DNA of 58,973 nucleotides from Betaproteobacteria bacterium. GTDB lineage: Bacteria > Pseudomonadota > Gammaproteobacteria > Burkholderiales > SG8-39. Where the stretch lies: the NCBI GenBank assembly GCA_031394435.1, contig JANNTQ010000026.1:1-58973 (forward strand), in the 5' to 3' direction. Position 1 is the first letter of the stretch. Each line of letters begins with the position of its first letter. This document shows positions 22,178-32,600 of this stretch, in pieces. The position numbers were made by a program, and so were the translations under genes. The notes under the pieces were generated by a model. It did not search any database and had not been told where the DNA came from. It saw only the letters and a program-made list of their open reading frames with translations.

Positions 22178-22414
22178 ATGTACGCGATCGTCTACAAATC
22201 CGACGGTTTTCCGGTCTGCCGGCAGATTGCGGGCGTGATGCCAGACCCGGTGGTGACCTGGAACACCGAAGCCGCGGCGAAGGCGTTCATCTCCTCCAAG
22301 GACGGCGACAAGGATTTCCAGGCGGTGGCGCTGACCGACGAGGCGATGGACAAGATGGCCGCGTCGATGGGCTGCCCGGTCGAGTCGATCACCTTCGACC
22401 CCTACCCAGGTTAG
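22178..22414 (+). CDS. Hypothetical 78-aa protein (no recognisable domain)
   Basis: ATG preceded by GAAGGGGG. Codon usage looks host-like. Located at the island edge, with no motif I recognise. Confidence 0.5.
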   Translation: MYAIVYKSDGFPVCRQIAGVMPDPVVTWNTEAAAKAFISSKDGDKDFQAVALTDEAMDKMAASMGCPVESITFDPYPG

Positions 22415-22422
22415 CCGGCCGC

Positions 22423-23055
22423 TCAGCCGAGGTTGAAGTACTCGCGCCGGCTTTTCATGCCGCGCATGCGCGCCAGCAGCAGGTCGAAGTCGGCGTCGCG
22501 CTCTACAAAATTCAGGTTCTCCGAGTTCACGATCAGCACCGGCGCCGCCGCGTAGTGGTAGAAGAAGCGCGCGTAGCCCTCCGCCAGCAGCGCCAGGTAC
22601 TCCTCGCCGATGCCGCGCTCGAACTGCGCCGCACGGCGCCGCACGCGCTCGATCAGCACCTGCGGCGCGGCCTGCAGGTAGATCACCAGGTCAGGCAGCG
22701 GAGAGCGCAGGCTGAGCGAATCGTAGATTCGCTGGTACAGCGCCAGCTCGTCGCCCGAAAGCGTGATGCGCGCGAACAGCGGGTCCTTGTCGAGCAGGAA
22801 GTCGGCCACCGTGGCGCGGCCGAACATGTCGGGCTGGGCCAGGGGCTCGAGCTGGCGCGCGCGCTGGAACAGGAAAAACAGCTGGGTCGGCAGGGCGTAG
22901 CGAGCCATGTCCTGGTAGAAGCGCGCCAGGAACGGGTTCTCGGCGGGCTGCTCGAGCAGCAGGTCCGCGCCAAGGCGCGCGGCGAGGCGCCGCGCGAGGC
23001 TGGTCTTGCCCGAACCGATCGGGCCTTCCACGGCGATGTAGCGCAGGGGTTGCAT
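22423..23055 (-). CDS. Deoxynucleoside kinase family protein
   Basis: P-loop VEGPIGSGKTSLA, then ENPFL..FY and the ERxxxRGR-like region (RVRRRAAQFERGI). Confidence 0.85.
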   Translation of the reverse strand: MQPLRYIAVEGPIGSGKTSLARRLAARLGADLLLEQPAENPFLARFYQDMARYALPTQLFFLFQRARQLEPLAQPDMFGRATVADFLLDKDPLFARITLSGDELALYQRIYDSLSLRSPLPDLVIYLQAAPQVLIERVRRRAAQFERGIGEEYLALLAEGYARFFYHYAAAPVLIVNSENLNFVERDADFDLLLARMRGMKSRREYFNLG

Positions 23056-23056
23056 C

Positions 23057-23536
23057 TCAATCCATGCGCGCGATGCGCTGTCCCGCGCAGCGCGCGAGCA
23101 ACTCGCGCACCGTGCCGAGGCCCGGCACCTCCAGGCGCGGGTCGAGATCGAGCAGCGGCAGCAGCACGAAAGCGCGCTGATGCATGCGCGGGTGCGGCAG
23201 GGTCAGCATCTCGGATCGGAAGACCGCGTCGCCGTAGAGCAGCAGGTCGAGGTCGAGCGTGCGCGGCGCGTTGCGCCGGGGCCGCTCGCGGCCGTGGCGC
23301 AATTCGAGGTCCTGCAGCGCAGCGAGCAATTGCGCCGCGGACAGTTCCGTGTCCACGCCGGCCGCGGCATTGACGTAATCAGCTTGCCCTGGTGCCTCGA
23401 GCGGAGCGCTGCGATACAGCACCGAGCGGCCCTCGAGCTGCGTTCCGGGCAGGCGCGCCAACTCTTCGAAGGCTTGCAGGACTTGGGCGCGCGGTTCGCT
23501 CTGGTTGGAACCGATGCCGATATAGGCGATGGTCAC
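23057..23536 (-). CDS. folK: 2-amino-4-hydroxy-6-hydroxymethyldihydropteridine diphosphokinase
   Basis: IAYIGIGSN, RTLDLDLLLYG and LTLPHPRMHQRAFVL motifs. GTG start at 23536 overlaps the pcnB stop (GTGA). Confidence 0.9.
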   Translation of the reverse strand: MTIAYIGIGSNQSEPRAQVLQAFEELARLPGTQLEGRSVLYRSAPLEAPGQADYVNAAAGVDTELSAAQLLAALQDLELRHGRERPRRNAPRTLDLDLLLYGDAVFRSEMLTLPHPRMHQRAFVLLPLLDLDPRLEVPGLGTVRELLARCAGQRIARMD

Positions 23537-24855
23537 GCCGGCGCGGGGCCCGGCTCCGCGCCTGCCTTGCGCCGGCGGCGCCGGCGCCGCTTGCGCGGGC
23601 CGGTATCGGGCAGCAGCATTGCGTGGCGCGTCTCGGCGTCGGCGGCCTGGAAGGCGCGCCACCAGGCTTCCAGTTCCGCGCTCACTTCGCCGCTCGCCGC
23701 GCGCAGCGCGAGGAAATCATAAGCCATGCGGAAACGCTCCGACTCGACCAGGCGGTAGGGACGCTGGCCGCCGCGCTGCTCGAACCTGGGCTGCATGGCC
23801 CAGACCTCACGCATCAGGGCAGTGAGCTTGCGCGTCAGTGCCAGCTTCTCGAACTGCTTGTCGAGCACCCGGTCCATCGCCGCCTCGAGCGCCGGCAGCG
23901 GCCGCTCGCCCTTCGCCTGGCGCGCCTGCGATGCTGCCAGCACCTCGTGCCACAGCAGCGCCGCGAACAGGAACGCCGGCGACACCGGGCGCCCCGACTG
24001 CACGCGCTCATCGGTCTGCGCGAGCGCCAGCGTCACGAAGCGCTCGCCCAGCGGCTGTTCGAGGATCACGTCGAGCAGCGGCAGCACGCCCTTGGACAAC
24101 CCTTCTTCGCGCAGCTGGCGCACGCAGGCGCTGGCATGCCCGGACATGAGCAGCTTCAACATTTCGTCGTACAAACGCGCCGGCGGCACGTGCTCGAGCA
24201 GCGGCGCGAGGCGCCGGATCGGCGCCCGCGTGGCAGACTCGATGGTGAGGCCGAGCTTTGCTGCCAGCCGGACAGCGCGCAACATGCGCACCGGGTCTTC
24301 GCGGAAGCGCGTCTCCGGGTTGCCGATCATGCGCAGCAGGCGCTTCTTCAAGTCGGCCATGCCGCCGTGGTAGTCGACGATTTCCTCGGTGGCCGGGTCA
24401 AAGTAAAGCGCGTTGACGGTGAAGTCGCGGCGGCGCGCGTCTTCCTCCTGGGTGCCGAACACGTTATCGCGCAGCACGCGGCCGTGTTCGTCCTTCTCGG
24501 CGGCGGCGGCGTCGGCGGCACGGAAGGTGGAGGTCTCCACCGTGTCGCCGCCGATCATTACGTGCACCAGGCGAAAACGCCGGCCGATGACGATGGCGCG
24601 CCGGAACAGCGGCTTCACCTGCTCGGGGCGCGCCTCGGTGGCGATGTCGAAGTCCTTGGGCGTGATGCCGAGCAGCAGGTCGCGCACCGCGCCGCCCACC
24701 ACGAAGGAGGAGTAGCCGGCCTCGCGCAGCACGTCGCAAACCTTAAGTGCGCCGTTGCTCAGGGCGTTGCGCCGCAAGTGGTGGCGCTCGCTCGGCACAC
24801 GGAGCGGCGCGTCCGTCCGCAGTCCCAGTACGCGGCGGATGAAGCGTTTGATCAT
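23533..24855 (-). CDS. pcnB: Poly(A) polymerase I
   Basis: VVGGAVRDLLLG..KDFDIAT nucleotidyltransferase head. FREDPVRMLRAVR. Basic C-terminal tail. Confidence 0.92.
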   Translation of the reverse strand: MIKRFIRRVLGLRTDAPLRVPSERHHLRRNALSNGALKVCDVLREAGYSSFVVGGAVRDLLLGITPKDFDIATEARPEQVKPLFRRAIVIGRRFRLVHVMIGGDTVETSTFRAADAAAAEKDEHGRVLRDNVFGTQEEDARRRDFTVNALYFDPATEEIVDYHGGMADLKKRLLRMIGNPETRFREDPVRMLRAVRLAAKLGLTIESATRAPIRRLAPLLEHVPPARLYDEMLKLLMSGHASACVRQLREEGLSKGVLPLLDVILEQPLGERFVTLALAQTDERVQSGRPVSPAFLFAALLWHEVLAASQARQAKGERPLPALEAAMDRVLDKQFEKLALTRKLTALMREVWAMQPRFEQRGGQRPYRLVESERFRMAYDFLALRAASGEVSAELEAWWRAFQAADAETRHAMLLPDTGPRKRRRRRRRKAGAEPGPAPA

Positions 24856-24868
24856 CGAGGCGGCGATT

Positions 24869-25531
24869 CTAGCGCAGCGAGATCACCGGCCAGCCGCGGC
24901 GCGCGGCCTCGGCGGCGAGCCCGGGGTCCGGATCCACCGCCACCGGCCGGCGCACCCGCTCGAGCAGCGGCAGGTCGTTGTGCGAGTCGCTGTAAAAGTG
25001 GCTGTCCGAGAAGTCCTCCAGGCGCCGCCCCATGCCGTCAAGCCACCCGTCGACGCAGCGAACCTTGCCCTCGCGAAAGCACGGCGTGCCCGCGACGCGG
25101 CCGGTGAAGCGGCCGTCCTTTGCTTCGGGCTCGGTGGCGATCAGGTGCGGCACGCCGAACTCGCGCGCGATGGGCGCAGTGACGAAGCGGTTGGTGGCGG
25201 TGACGATCGCGCACAGTTCGCCCGCCGCCAGGTGCCGGCGCACCAGCGCCCGCGCGCGCGGCGTGATCATCGGCAGGATGCGGCTGCGCATGAACTCAGC
25301 GTGCCAGCGCGCCAGGTCCTGCGGCGTGTGCGCTGCGAGCGGCCGCAGCGCGAAGCCCAGGTATTCGTGGATGTCGAGCGTGCCGGTCTTGTACTGCTCG
25401 AAAAACGCGGCGTTCTGCGCCTCGTACTCTGCGCGCGCCAGCACGCCGCGGTCGACCAGGAACTGGCCCCACTCGTAGTCGCTGTCGCACGCCAGCAGGG
25501 TGTTGTCCAGGTCGAACAGGCCGAGCTTCAC
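24869..25531 (-). CDS. HAD-IB family hydrolase (phosphoserine-phosphatase-like)
   Basis: DxD motif FDLDNTL, IVTATN, and the SDSHNDLPLL motif. GTG start overlaps the hda stop. Confidence 0.85.
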   Translation of the reverse strand: MKLGLFDLDNTLLACDSDYEWGQFLVDRGVLARAEYEAQNAAFFEQYKTGTLDIHEYLGFALRPLAAHTPQDLARWHAEFMRSRILPMITPRARALVRRHLAAGELCAIVTATNRFVTAPIAREFGVPHLIATEPEAKDGRFTGRVAGTPCFREGKVRCVDGWLDGMGRRLEDFSDSHFYSDSHNDLPLLERVRRPVAVDPDPGLAAEAARRGWPVISLR

Positions 25532-26133
25532 TGTTCCAGGTTCCGGATCAGTTCCCTCACCAGCGGCAGCGTGACCGCACGGCGCTGCTCGAGCGAGGTG
25601 CGGTCGAGCTGGTCGAGCAGCCCGGTGAGCGAGTGCAGGTCGCGGCGCACGTGGGTGAGCAGGTACCACACCACTTCGTCGGACAGCTTCAGGCCGCGGC
25701 GCGCCGCCTCGCCGTGCAGGGTCAGCGCCTTCTCCGCGTCGCTCAGCGGCTTTACCTGGTACACCAGGCCCCAGGCGAGCCGGCTCTTCAGGTCGTCGCG
25801 CAACGCAAGTTGCGCCGGCGGGGCATTGCCCGCGGCGAGCACCGTACCGCCCGAGTCGCGCGCGGCGTTGATGGCGTTGAACAGCTCGATCTGGCGCGGC
25901 TCGTCGAGCCGCTCGACGTCGTCTGCGACGGCGAGGCCGGGGCGAGCGCTTGCCTGCAGCAGGTGGCTGCGCCCGCTGCCCGGCTCGCCCCACAGGTAGA
26001 GCACCGATTCCGCCAGCTGCCCGGCGCGCAGCGCGCGCAGCCGCGCCAGCAGCTCGGCGTTGGCACCCGGAACGAAGTTGTCGAGCGTGGGCTCGGGCAG
26101 CGGCGAGATGGGCAGCGCGAGCTGGCGCGTCAC
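25528..26133 (-). CDS. hda: DnaA regulatory inactivator Hda
   Basis: About 200 aa AAA+ with LYLWGEPGSGRSHLL, the FNxxN region and C-terminal TLPLVRE. Confidence 0.9.
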   Translation of the reverse strand: MTRQLALPISPLPEPTLDNFVPGANAELLARLRALRAGQLAESVLYLWGEPGSGRSHLLQASARPGLAVADDVERLDEPRQIELFNAINAARDSGGTVLAAGNAPPAQLALRDDLKSRLAWGLVYQVKPLSDAEKALTLHGEAARRGLKLSDEVVWYLLTHVRRDLHSLTGLLDQLDRTSLEQRRAVTLPLVRELIRNLEQ

Positions 26134-27200
26134 TTCGCGTTGCCGTACAGCGAGCTCGCGAGGTAGGCGCGTCGCAGGTGGCGCAGTGCGACCAGCAGCG
26201 CCGCGCTCGCCGGCAGGGCAAGCAGCACGCCAAAGAAGCCGAACAGCTGGCCGAAGGCGAGCAGCGCGAAGATTACCGCCACCGGGTGCAGGCCGATGCG
26301 CTCACCGACCAGCAGCGGCGTCACGACCATGCCCTCCAGCGCTTGGCCGATGCCGAAGGCGAGCCACACCCAGGCGAGGCCCCCGATGCCGTCGAACTGC
26401 ATCAGCGCGGCAATGCTGCCCAGCACGAAGCCGAGCAGCGCGCCGACGTAGGGGATGAACACCAGCACGCCGGTGATCAGGCCGATCGGCAGCGCGAACT
26501 CCAGGCCGGCGAGCCACAGCGCGAGCACATAGAACGTGCTCATCACCAGGATCACCAGCAGTTGGCCGCGCAGGAACTCGGCCAGCACGGCGTTCACCTC
26601 GAGCAGGATTTCGCGCACCTTGGCGTGCACTTGGCGCGGGATCAGGTGGTCCAGGCGGCCGCGCAGCGCGTGCCAGTCGCGCAGCAGGTAGAACAGCACC
26701 ACCGGCACCAGCACAAGGTTGACCAGGAACGCGACCACCGCAAGGCCGCCGATCTTGAGCGAGCCGAGCAAGCGTCCCGCCAGGTCCTGGTTGTCGGCCA
26801 CCAGCCCGGAGGCGAGCCGGCGTACCGTGTCCACGTCCAGGCGCAGCTCCATGCCCAGGTGCTGATCGAGCAGCGGCGCGAGGTGCTGGTTGAGCCAGCC
26901 GATGAAGGCGGGCAGCCGCTCGGCGAGCAGGCGCAGCTCCTTGTCGAACAGCGGCAGCAGTACCAGCACGAAGGCCACCAGCAGCGTCAGCAGACCTACC
27001 ATCACCAGCAGCACGGCCAGCGTGCGCGGCAGGTACTTGCCGGCGAGGCGCTCGATGATCGGGTCGAGGATGTAAGCGAGGATTGCCGCGAACAGGAACG
27101 GCGCGAGGATCGGTGACAGGAGATAGAGCAGCCCGCCGATGACCAGCGCCACTGCGATCCAGCCCCAGAACTGCGGATTGGCGGAGAAGAGGGTGGTCAT
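26130..27200 (-). CDS. AI-2E family transporter (PerM-like permease)
   Basis: Polytopic membrane protein with IPY(V/I)G and a [12 protein letters not shown] motif. Divergent from purM. I chose the ATG at 27200, because the longer ORF would overlap the purM start. Confidence 0.85.
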   Translation of the reverse strand: MTTLFSANPQFWGWIAVALVIGGLLYLLSPILAPFLFAAILAYILDPIIERLAGKYLPRTLAVLLVMVGLLTLLVAFVLVLLPLFDKELRLLAERLPAFIGWLNQHLAPLLDQHLGMELRLDVDTVRRLASGLVADNQDLAGRLLGSLKIGGLAVVAFLVNLVLVPVVLFYLLRDWHALRGRLDHLIPRQVHAKVREILLEVNAVLAEFLRGQLLVILVMSTFYVLALWLAGLEFALPIGLITGVLVFIPYVGALLGFVLGSIAALMQFDGIGGLAWVWLAFGIGQALEGMVVTPLLVGERIGLHPVAVIFALLAFGQLFGFFGVLLALPASAALLVALRHLRRAYLASSLYGNAK

Positions 27201-27237
27201 CTCAAGTAAAATCGCACGGCAAACGCGAAACTCTAGC

Positions 27238-28245
27238 ATGCGCAACCCGCTTTCCTACCGCGACACCGGCGTCGACATCGACGCCGGCGACGCCCTGGTC
27301 GAGGCCATCAGGCCCTACGCCCGGCGCACCATGCGGCCCGAGGTGCTGGCTGGCATCGGCGGCTTCGGCGCGCTGTGCGAAATCCCGAGGAAGTACCGCC
27401 AGCCGGTGCTGGTGTCGGGCACCGACGGCGTCGGCACCAAGCTCAAGCTTGCCTTCGCGCTCGGCCGCCACGACACCGTGGGCATCGACCTGGTGGCGAT
27501 GAGCGTGAACGACGTGCTGGTGCAGGGCGCGGAACCGCTTTTTTTCCTCGACTACTACGCCTGCGGCAAGCTCGACACCGTGGTGGCCGCGCAAGTGGTG
27601 CAGGGCATCGCACGCGGCTGCGAACTCGCCGGCTGTGCGCTGATCGGCGGCGAGACCGCGGAGATGCCGGGTATGTACCCGGCAGGCGAGTACGACCTGG
27701 CGGGCTTCTGCGTCGGCGTGGTGGAGAAAAAGCGCATCGTCAGCGGACGATCGATCAGGCCCGGCGATGCGCTGCTCGGCCTGGCGTCGAGCGGCGCGCA
27801 TTCCAACGGCTACTCGCTGATCCGCAAGATCGTCGAGCGCGGCAGGCCGGACCAGGCGATGCTCGATGCATTGATGAAACCGACACGGATCTACGTGAAG
27901 TCGATCCTCAAGCTATTGCGCTCGGTTCCGGTCAAAGGCCTGGCGCATATCACCGGCGGCGGACTTACCGGCAACGTTGCCCGCATCCTGCCCAAGGGTA
28001 CGCAAGCGGTGATACGCAAGGCGAGCTGGCCCCGGCCGAAATTGTTCCAGTGGCTGCAGCAGCAGGGCGACGTTGCCGAAGACGAGATGCACCGGGTGTT
28101 CAATTGCGGCATCGGCATGGTCGCCGTGGTCGCAGCCGCCGATGCGAAGCGCGCGGCAGGCAAGCTGCGCGCGGCGGGGGAAACAGTCTACGAAATCGGC
28201 GGTGTGGAAAAAGCCAAAGGCGAACCCATTGCAGTGATCAGCTAG
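27238..28245 (+). CDS. purM: Phosphoribosylformylglycinamidine cyclo-ligase (AIR synthetase)
   Basis: [34 protein letters not shown] and HSNGYSL motifs. Confidence 0.93.
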   Translation: MRNPLSYRDTGVDIDAGDALVEAIRPYARRTMRPEVLAGIGGFGALCEIPRKYRQPVLVSGTDGVGTKLKLAFALGRHDTVGIDLVAMSVNDVLVQGAEPLFFLDYYACGKLDTVVAAQVVQGIARGCELAGCALIGGETAEMPGMYPAGEYDLAGFCVGVVEKKRIVSGRSIRPGDALLGLASSGAHSNGYSLIRKIVERGRPDQAMLDALMKPTRIYVKSILKLLRSVPVKGLAHITGGGLTGNVARILPKGTQAVIRKASWPRPKLFQWLQQQGDVAEDEMHRVFNCGIGMVAVVAAADAKRAAGKLRAAGETVYEIGGVEKAKGEPIAVIS

Positions 28246-28711
28246 CGGGCAGCCTATAGACGACGTCGTGCTCGCGCGCGTGCTGCACGACCTTGATGCC
28301 GAAATCGTCATTCGGCCCGACCTCGTTGACCGCAAGGTGCTCAACCTGGAGGGATTCCACGCGCTGGCTGAAGTCGCTGGTGTGTCCCAGGATGTGGATG
28401 GTGTCGCCGACGCGCAGGGTTCCGGTTTCCAGCTTCACGATGGCAACCATGGGCTTGGCGTAGTAGTGGCTCACGACGCCGATGCGCTCGCCGGGAGCGG
28501 GCTGCTCGGGCAGGCTCGCCGGCTTCGGCCTGGCCACCGGGCGCGCGGCCTTGTTGCGCGCGGTCGGCGTGGCTGTCTTCGGCGCTGCGCGCCTGACCGG
28601 TGCCTTGCGAGCGGGCTTCCTGGCTGGCTTTGCGATTCTCCTGCTCTTGGCTTTCGCCTTCACCTTCACCTTCGCCTTCACCTTCACCTTCACCTTCCTC
28701 TTGACTGCCAT
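28238..28711 (-). CDS. Lys/Ala/Pro-rich basic N-terminal tail fused to a translation-elongation-factor-domain-2-like beta-barrel
   Basis: N-terminus [22 protein letters not shown]... followed by a [14 protein letters not shown] tract. The C-terminal ~85 aa ([45 protein letters not shown]) resemble small EF-Tu-domain-II-like proteins, from memory. Confidence 0.65.
   Translation of the reverse strand: MAVKRKVKVKVKAKVKVKAKAKSRRIAKPARKPARKAPVRRAAPKTATPTARNKAARPVARPKPASLPEQPAPGERIGVVSHYYAKPMVAIVKLETGTLRVGDTIHILGHTSDFSQRVESLQVEHLAVNEVGPNDDFGIKVVQHAREHDVVYRLPAS
28650..28699. repeat. Hexanucleotide microsatellite (CACCTT/CGCCTT)x~8, coding for (K-V/K-A)n
   Basis: Read directly: gccttc accttc accttc gccttc accttc accttc accttc. 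It lies inside the 5' end of the 28238-28711 CDS. Confidence 0.7.
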
Positions 28712-28750
28712 GCGTCTCTCCCCGCGGCGCTCACCGCCTGAACCGACCGG

Positions 28751-29614
28751 CTATTGTGTTCCTTTCGAGCCGCGGCTCGCAAGATAGATTCCCGCCAGCA
28801 CCACCGCGCCGCCGCCCACCTGCAGTGCGACCAGCGGCTCGCCGAGCAGCACCCAGGCGAACGCCGCGGCCATCACCGGCTGGAACAACAGGCCCACCGA
28901 GGAAAACGCCGCCGGCAGGTGAGCGAGCGCATAGGCGATCAGCCCCTGTCCCGCCGCATGCGAGATCCACGCCAGCCCGAGCAGGATCAGCCAGCCGGAC
29001 GCGCCGGCGGGCAACAGCACCTCGCCGGAGGCGAGCGCCGCCGGCAGCAGGATGACGGCGGTCAGCGTGGTGGTCACCGCCATCAACTGCAGCGTGGCCG
29101 CGCCCCGGTCACGCAGCCGTTTCACCGACAACAGGTACCAGGCGTAGAACATCGCGGTGACCACGCCCAGCCCGTCGCCGAGCAAGGCTCGCGGCGAGAA
29201 ATCCAGGCTGGAGCGCACCAGCAGGCCGACACCGGCCAGCGCAAGGGCGAGTCCCACCAGGAACAGCGCGCTTGGCTTGTGACGCCACAGCAACCACGCC
29301 GCGAGCGTCACAAAAATGGAAGCCAGGTTGGCCAGCAGCGTGGAGTTCGCCACCGACGTGAACTGAATCGACCAGTGCCAGAAGGCGAGGTCGCCGGCGA
29401 AGGCAAGGCCCGTCGCCGCGAGCAGCGGCCAGCGGGGCGCCGCTGCAGGCGCGTGCGGCACCAGGAGCAGTGCGCTCCACAGCAGCGGCGCCGCCAGCGC
29501 GACGCGCCAAAACGCGCTTGCCGTCGGCCCGACCTCGGACATGCGCACCCAGATCGGCGACAGCGCGATGCAAGTTGCGCCCGCGAACAGGGCGAGAAGG
29601 GCCGAAGCGCGCAT
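28751..29614 (-). CDS. DMT superfamily (EamA-like) transporter
   Basis: About 10 hydrophobic segments in two EamA-like halves. 287 aa. Confidence 0.85.
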   Translation of the reverse strand: MRASALLALFAGATCIALSPIWVRMSEVGPTASAFWRVALAAPLLWSALLLVPHAPAAAPRWPLLAATGLAFAGDLAFWHWSIQFTSVANSTLLANLASIFVTLAAWLLWRHKPSALFLVGLALALAGVGLLVRSSLDFSPRALLGDGLGVVTAMFYAWYLLSVKRLRDRGAATLQLMAVTTTLTAVILLPAALASGEVLLPAGASGWLILLGLAWISHAAGQGLIAYALAHLPAAFSSVGLLFQPVMAAAFAWVLLGEPLVALQVGGGAVVLAGIYLASRGSKGTQ

Positions 29615-29643
29615 GCGCGGATGGTAAACTTTCGCTGCTTCCC

Positions 29644-32600
29644 ATGCCTGCTCCTCGCTACGTCCACCTCAGGCTGCACAGCGAGTACTCGGTCACGGAC
29701 GGCATCGTCCGGCTCGACGACGCGGTGCGCAGGGCGGCGCAGGACGGTATGCCTGCGCTGGCGCTCACCGACAGCGCAAATCTGTTCGGCATGGTCAAGT
29801 TCTACCGCGCCGCGCGCGCGGCGGGCGTCAAGCCGGTCATCGGCGCTGATTGCTGGGTGCAAAACGAGGCCGAGGCCGACAAGCCCTCGCGCCTGTTGCT
29901 GCTGTGCTCCTCGCGCGCCGGCTACCTCAGGCTGTGCGAGCTGCTGTCGCGCGCCTGGCTGAAGAATCAGCACCGTGCGCGCGCCGAGATCGCCAGGTCA
30001 TGGCTGCGCGAATCCGGCACCGAAGGCCTGGTCGCGCTCTCCGGCGCCGCGGGCGGCGACGCCGGGCAGGCCTTGGCCGCAGGCAACACGGCAGCGGCCG
30101 AAAGAGCAGCAAGCGATTGGGCCGAGCTGTTTCCTGGACGCTACTACCTGGAGATCCAGCGCGCCGGCTTCGCGCACGGCGAAGCGCTGCTCGCGCGCAC
30201 GCTGGAGTTGGCCGCGCGGCTCGGGCTGCCGGTGGTTGCCACGCACCCGGTGCAGTTCCTCGCGCGAGACGATTTCAAGGCGCACGAGGCGCGAGTGTGC
30301 ATCGCGCAGGGCTACGTGCTCGGTGACCAGCGCCGGCCGAGACTGTTCACCGCGGAGCAGTATTTCAAGTCGCAGGAGGAAATGGCTCGGTTGTTCGCCG
30401 ACGTGCCGCAGGCGCTCGACAACGCGATCGAGATTGCGCGGCGCTGCAGCCTGGAGATCGAACTGGGCAGGAGCCGCCTGCCCGCATTCCCGACGCCGCC
30501 GGGCACGACGGTCGACCAGTACCTGCGCCAGCAGGCCGAGCAGGGGCTGGCGGCGCGGCTGGTGAGGTTGTTTTCCGCGGAGGCGGCGCGCACCGCGGCG
30601 GCGCCGCGCTACCGCAAGCGCCTCGATTTCGAGATCCGCACCATCATCCAGATGGGCTTCGCCGGCTACTTTCTCATCGTCGCCGACTTCATCAACTGGG
30701 CCAGGCACAACGGCGTGCCGGTTGGTCCCGGACGCGGCTCCGGTGCCGGCTCGCTGGTGGCGTATTCACTCGGCATCACCGACCTTGACCCGATCACCTA
30801 CGACCTGCTGTTCGAGCGCTTCCTCAACCCGGAGCGCGTGTCGATGCCGGATTTCGACATCGACTTCTGCCAGGACGGGCGCGACAAGGTGATCGATTAC
30901 GTACGGCGCAAGTACGGCGAGGAATGCGTATCGCAGATCGTCACCTTCGGCACCATGGCGGCGCGCGCGGTGGTGCGCGACTGCGGCCGCGTGCTCGACC
31001 TGGGATACAACTTCTGCGACCAGGTGGCGAAGCTGATTCCGGTGCAGCCGGGGCGCACCATCACGCTGGCCGATGCGCGCGAGATGGAGCCGCTGCTGGC
31101 GCAGCGCGAGCGCAACGAGGACGAGGTGAAGGAGTTGTTGGCCTTGGGCGAGAAGCTCGAGGGCCTGACGCGAAACGTCGGCATGCACGCCGGCGGCGTG
31201 CTGATCGCGCCCGGCCGGCTGACGGACTTCTGCCCACTTTACGCCGCCGAGGGCACCAGCAATGTCATCTCCCAGCTCGACAAGGATGACGTGGAAGCGG
31301 TGGGGCTGGTGAAATTCGACTTCCTCGGCCTCACGACGCTCACCATCCTCGACTGGGCGGAGCGCTACGTGCGTGCGCTGGGCGAAGCCGAGTTTTCGCT
31401 GGAGCGCGTGCCATTGGACGACAGGGCGACCTACCAGCTGCTTTCCTCGGGCAACACCACTGCGGTTTTCCAGCTGGAATCGCGTGGCATGCGCGACCTG
31501 ATCAAGCGCGCGCGCCCGGACCGGTTCGAGGACGTGATTGCGCTGGTGGCGTTATACCGGCCCGGCCCGATGGACCTGATCCCGGACTTCATCGCGCGCA
31601 AGCACGGCAGCCAGCGCGTCGAGTACCTCGACAAACGGATCGAGCCGATCCTCAATCCGACCTACGGCATCATGGTCTACCAGGAGCAGGTGATGCAGAT
31701 CGGGCAGGTGATCGGCGGCCTGACGCTGGGCGGCGCGGACCTGCTGCGGCGCGCGATGGGCAAGAAGAACGCCGAGGAGATGGCTCAGCAACGCGACGTG
31801 TTCGTCGCCGGCGCGGAAAAGAACGGCCTGACCAAAGGCAAGGCGACCCAGCTGTTCGACCTGATGGAGAAGTTCGCGGGCTACGGCTTCAACCGCTCGC
31901 ACGCCGCGGCTTACGCGCTGCTCGCCTATCAGACCGCGTATATGAAGGCGCACCATGCCGCGGCATTCATGGCGGCGAACCTTTCGCTGGTGATGGACGA
32001 CACGGACAAAGTGCGCCAGTTCCACGAGGACGCGCTGGCCAATGGCCTGGTCGTGCTGCCGCCGGACATCAACGCCTCGGACTACCGCTTCCGCCCGGTG
32101 GATGCGAAGACCGTCCGCTACGGCTTGGGCGCGGTGCGCGGCACCGGCGAGTCTGCGGTCGGCGCGATCCTGCAAGCGCGCAAAGCCGGGCTGTTCACGG
32201 ACCTGTTCGACTTGTGCCGGCGCGTCGACAAGCGCACCGTGAACCGCCGCGCGGTCGAGGCACTGGTGCGCGCGGGGGCGTTCGACGCGCTGGAGAAGAA
32301 CCGCGCCAGCCTGCTGGCGAGCGTGGGGCGCGCGCTGGAGGCGGCAGAGCAGGCCGAGCGCCAGGCGGCCCAGGTGAGCCTGTTCGGCGACGCTGAGGGC
32401 GCTTGCGGCGCGGCGGTCCCGCTGATCGAGGCGCGGCCCTGGGAATTGAGGCAACAACTGCTGGAGGAGAAGGCGGCGCTTGGCTTTGCGTTGTCGGGTC
32501 ACCTGTTCACCGTGTACGCGCGCGAGCTCGCGGGATTCTCGCGCACGCCGCTGGCCCGGCTCTCACCCTCCGAGCAGCGAGTGTGGCTGGCGGGCGTGGT

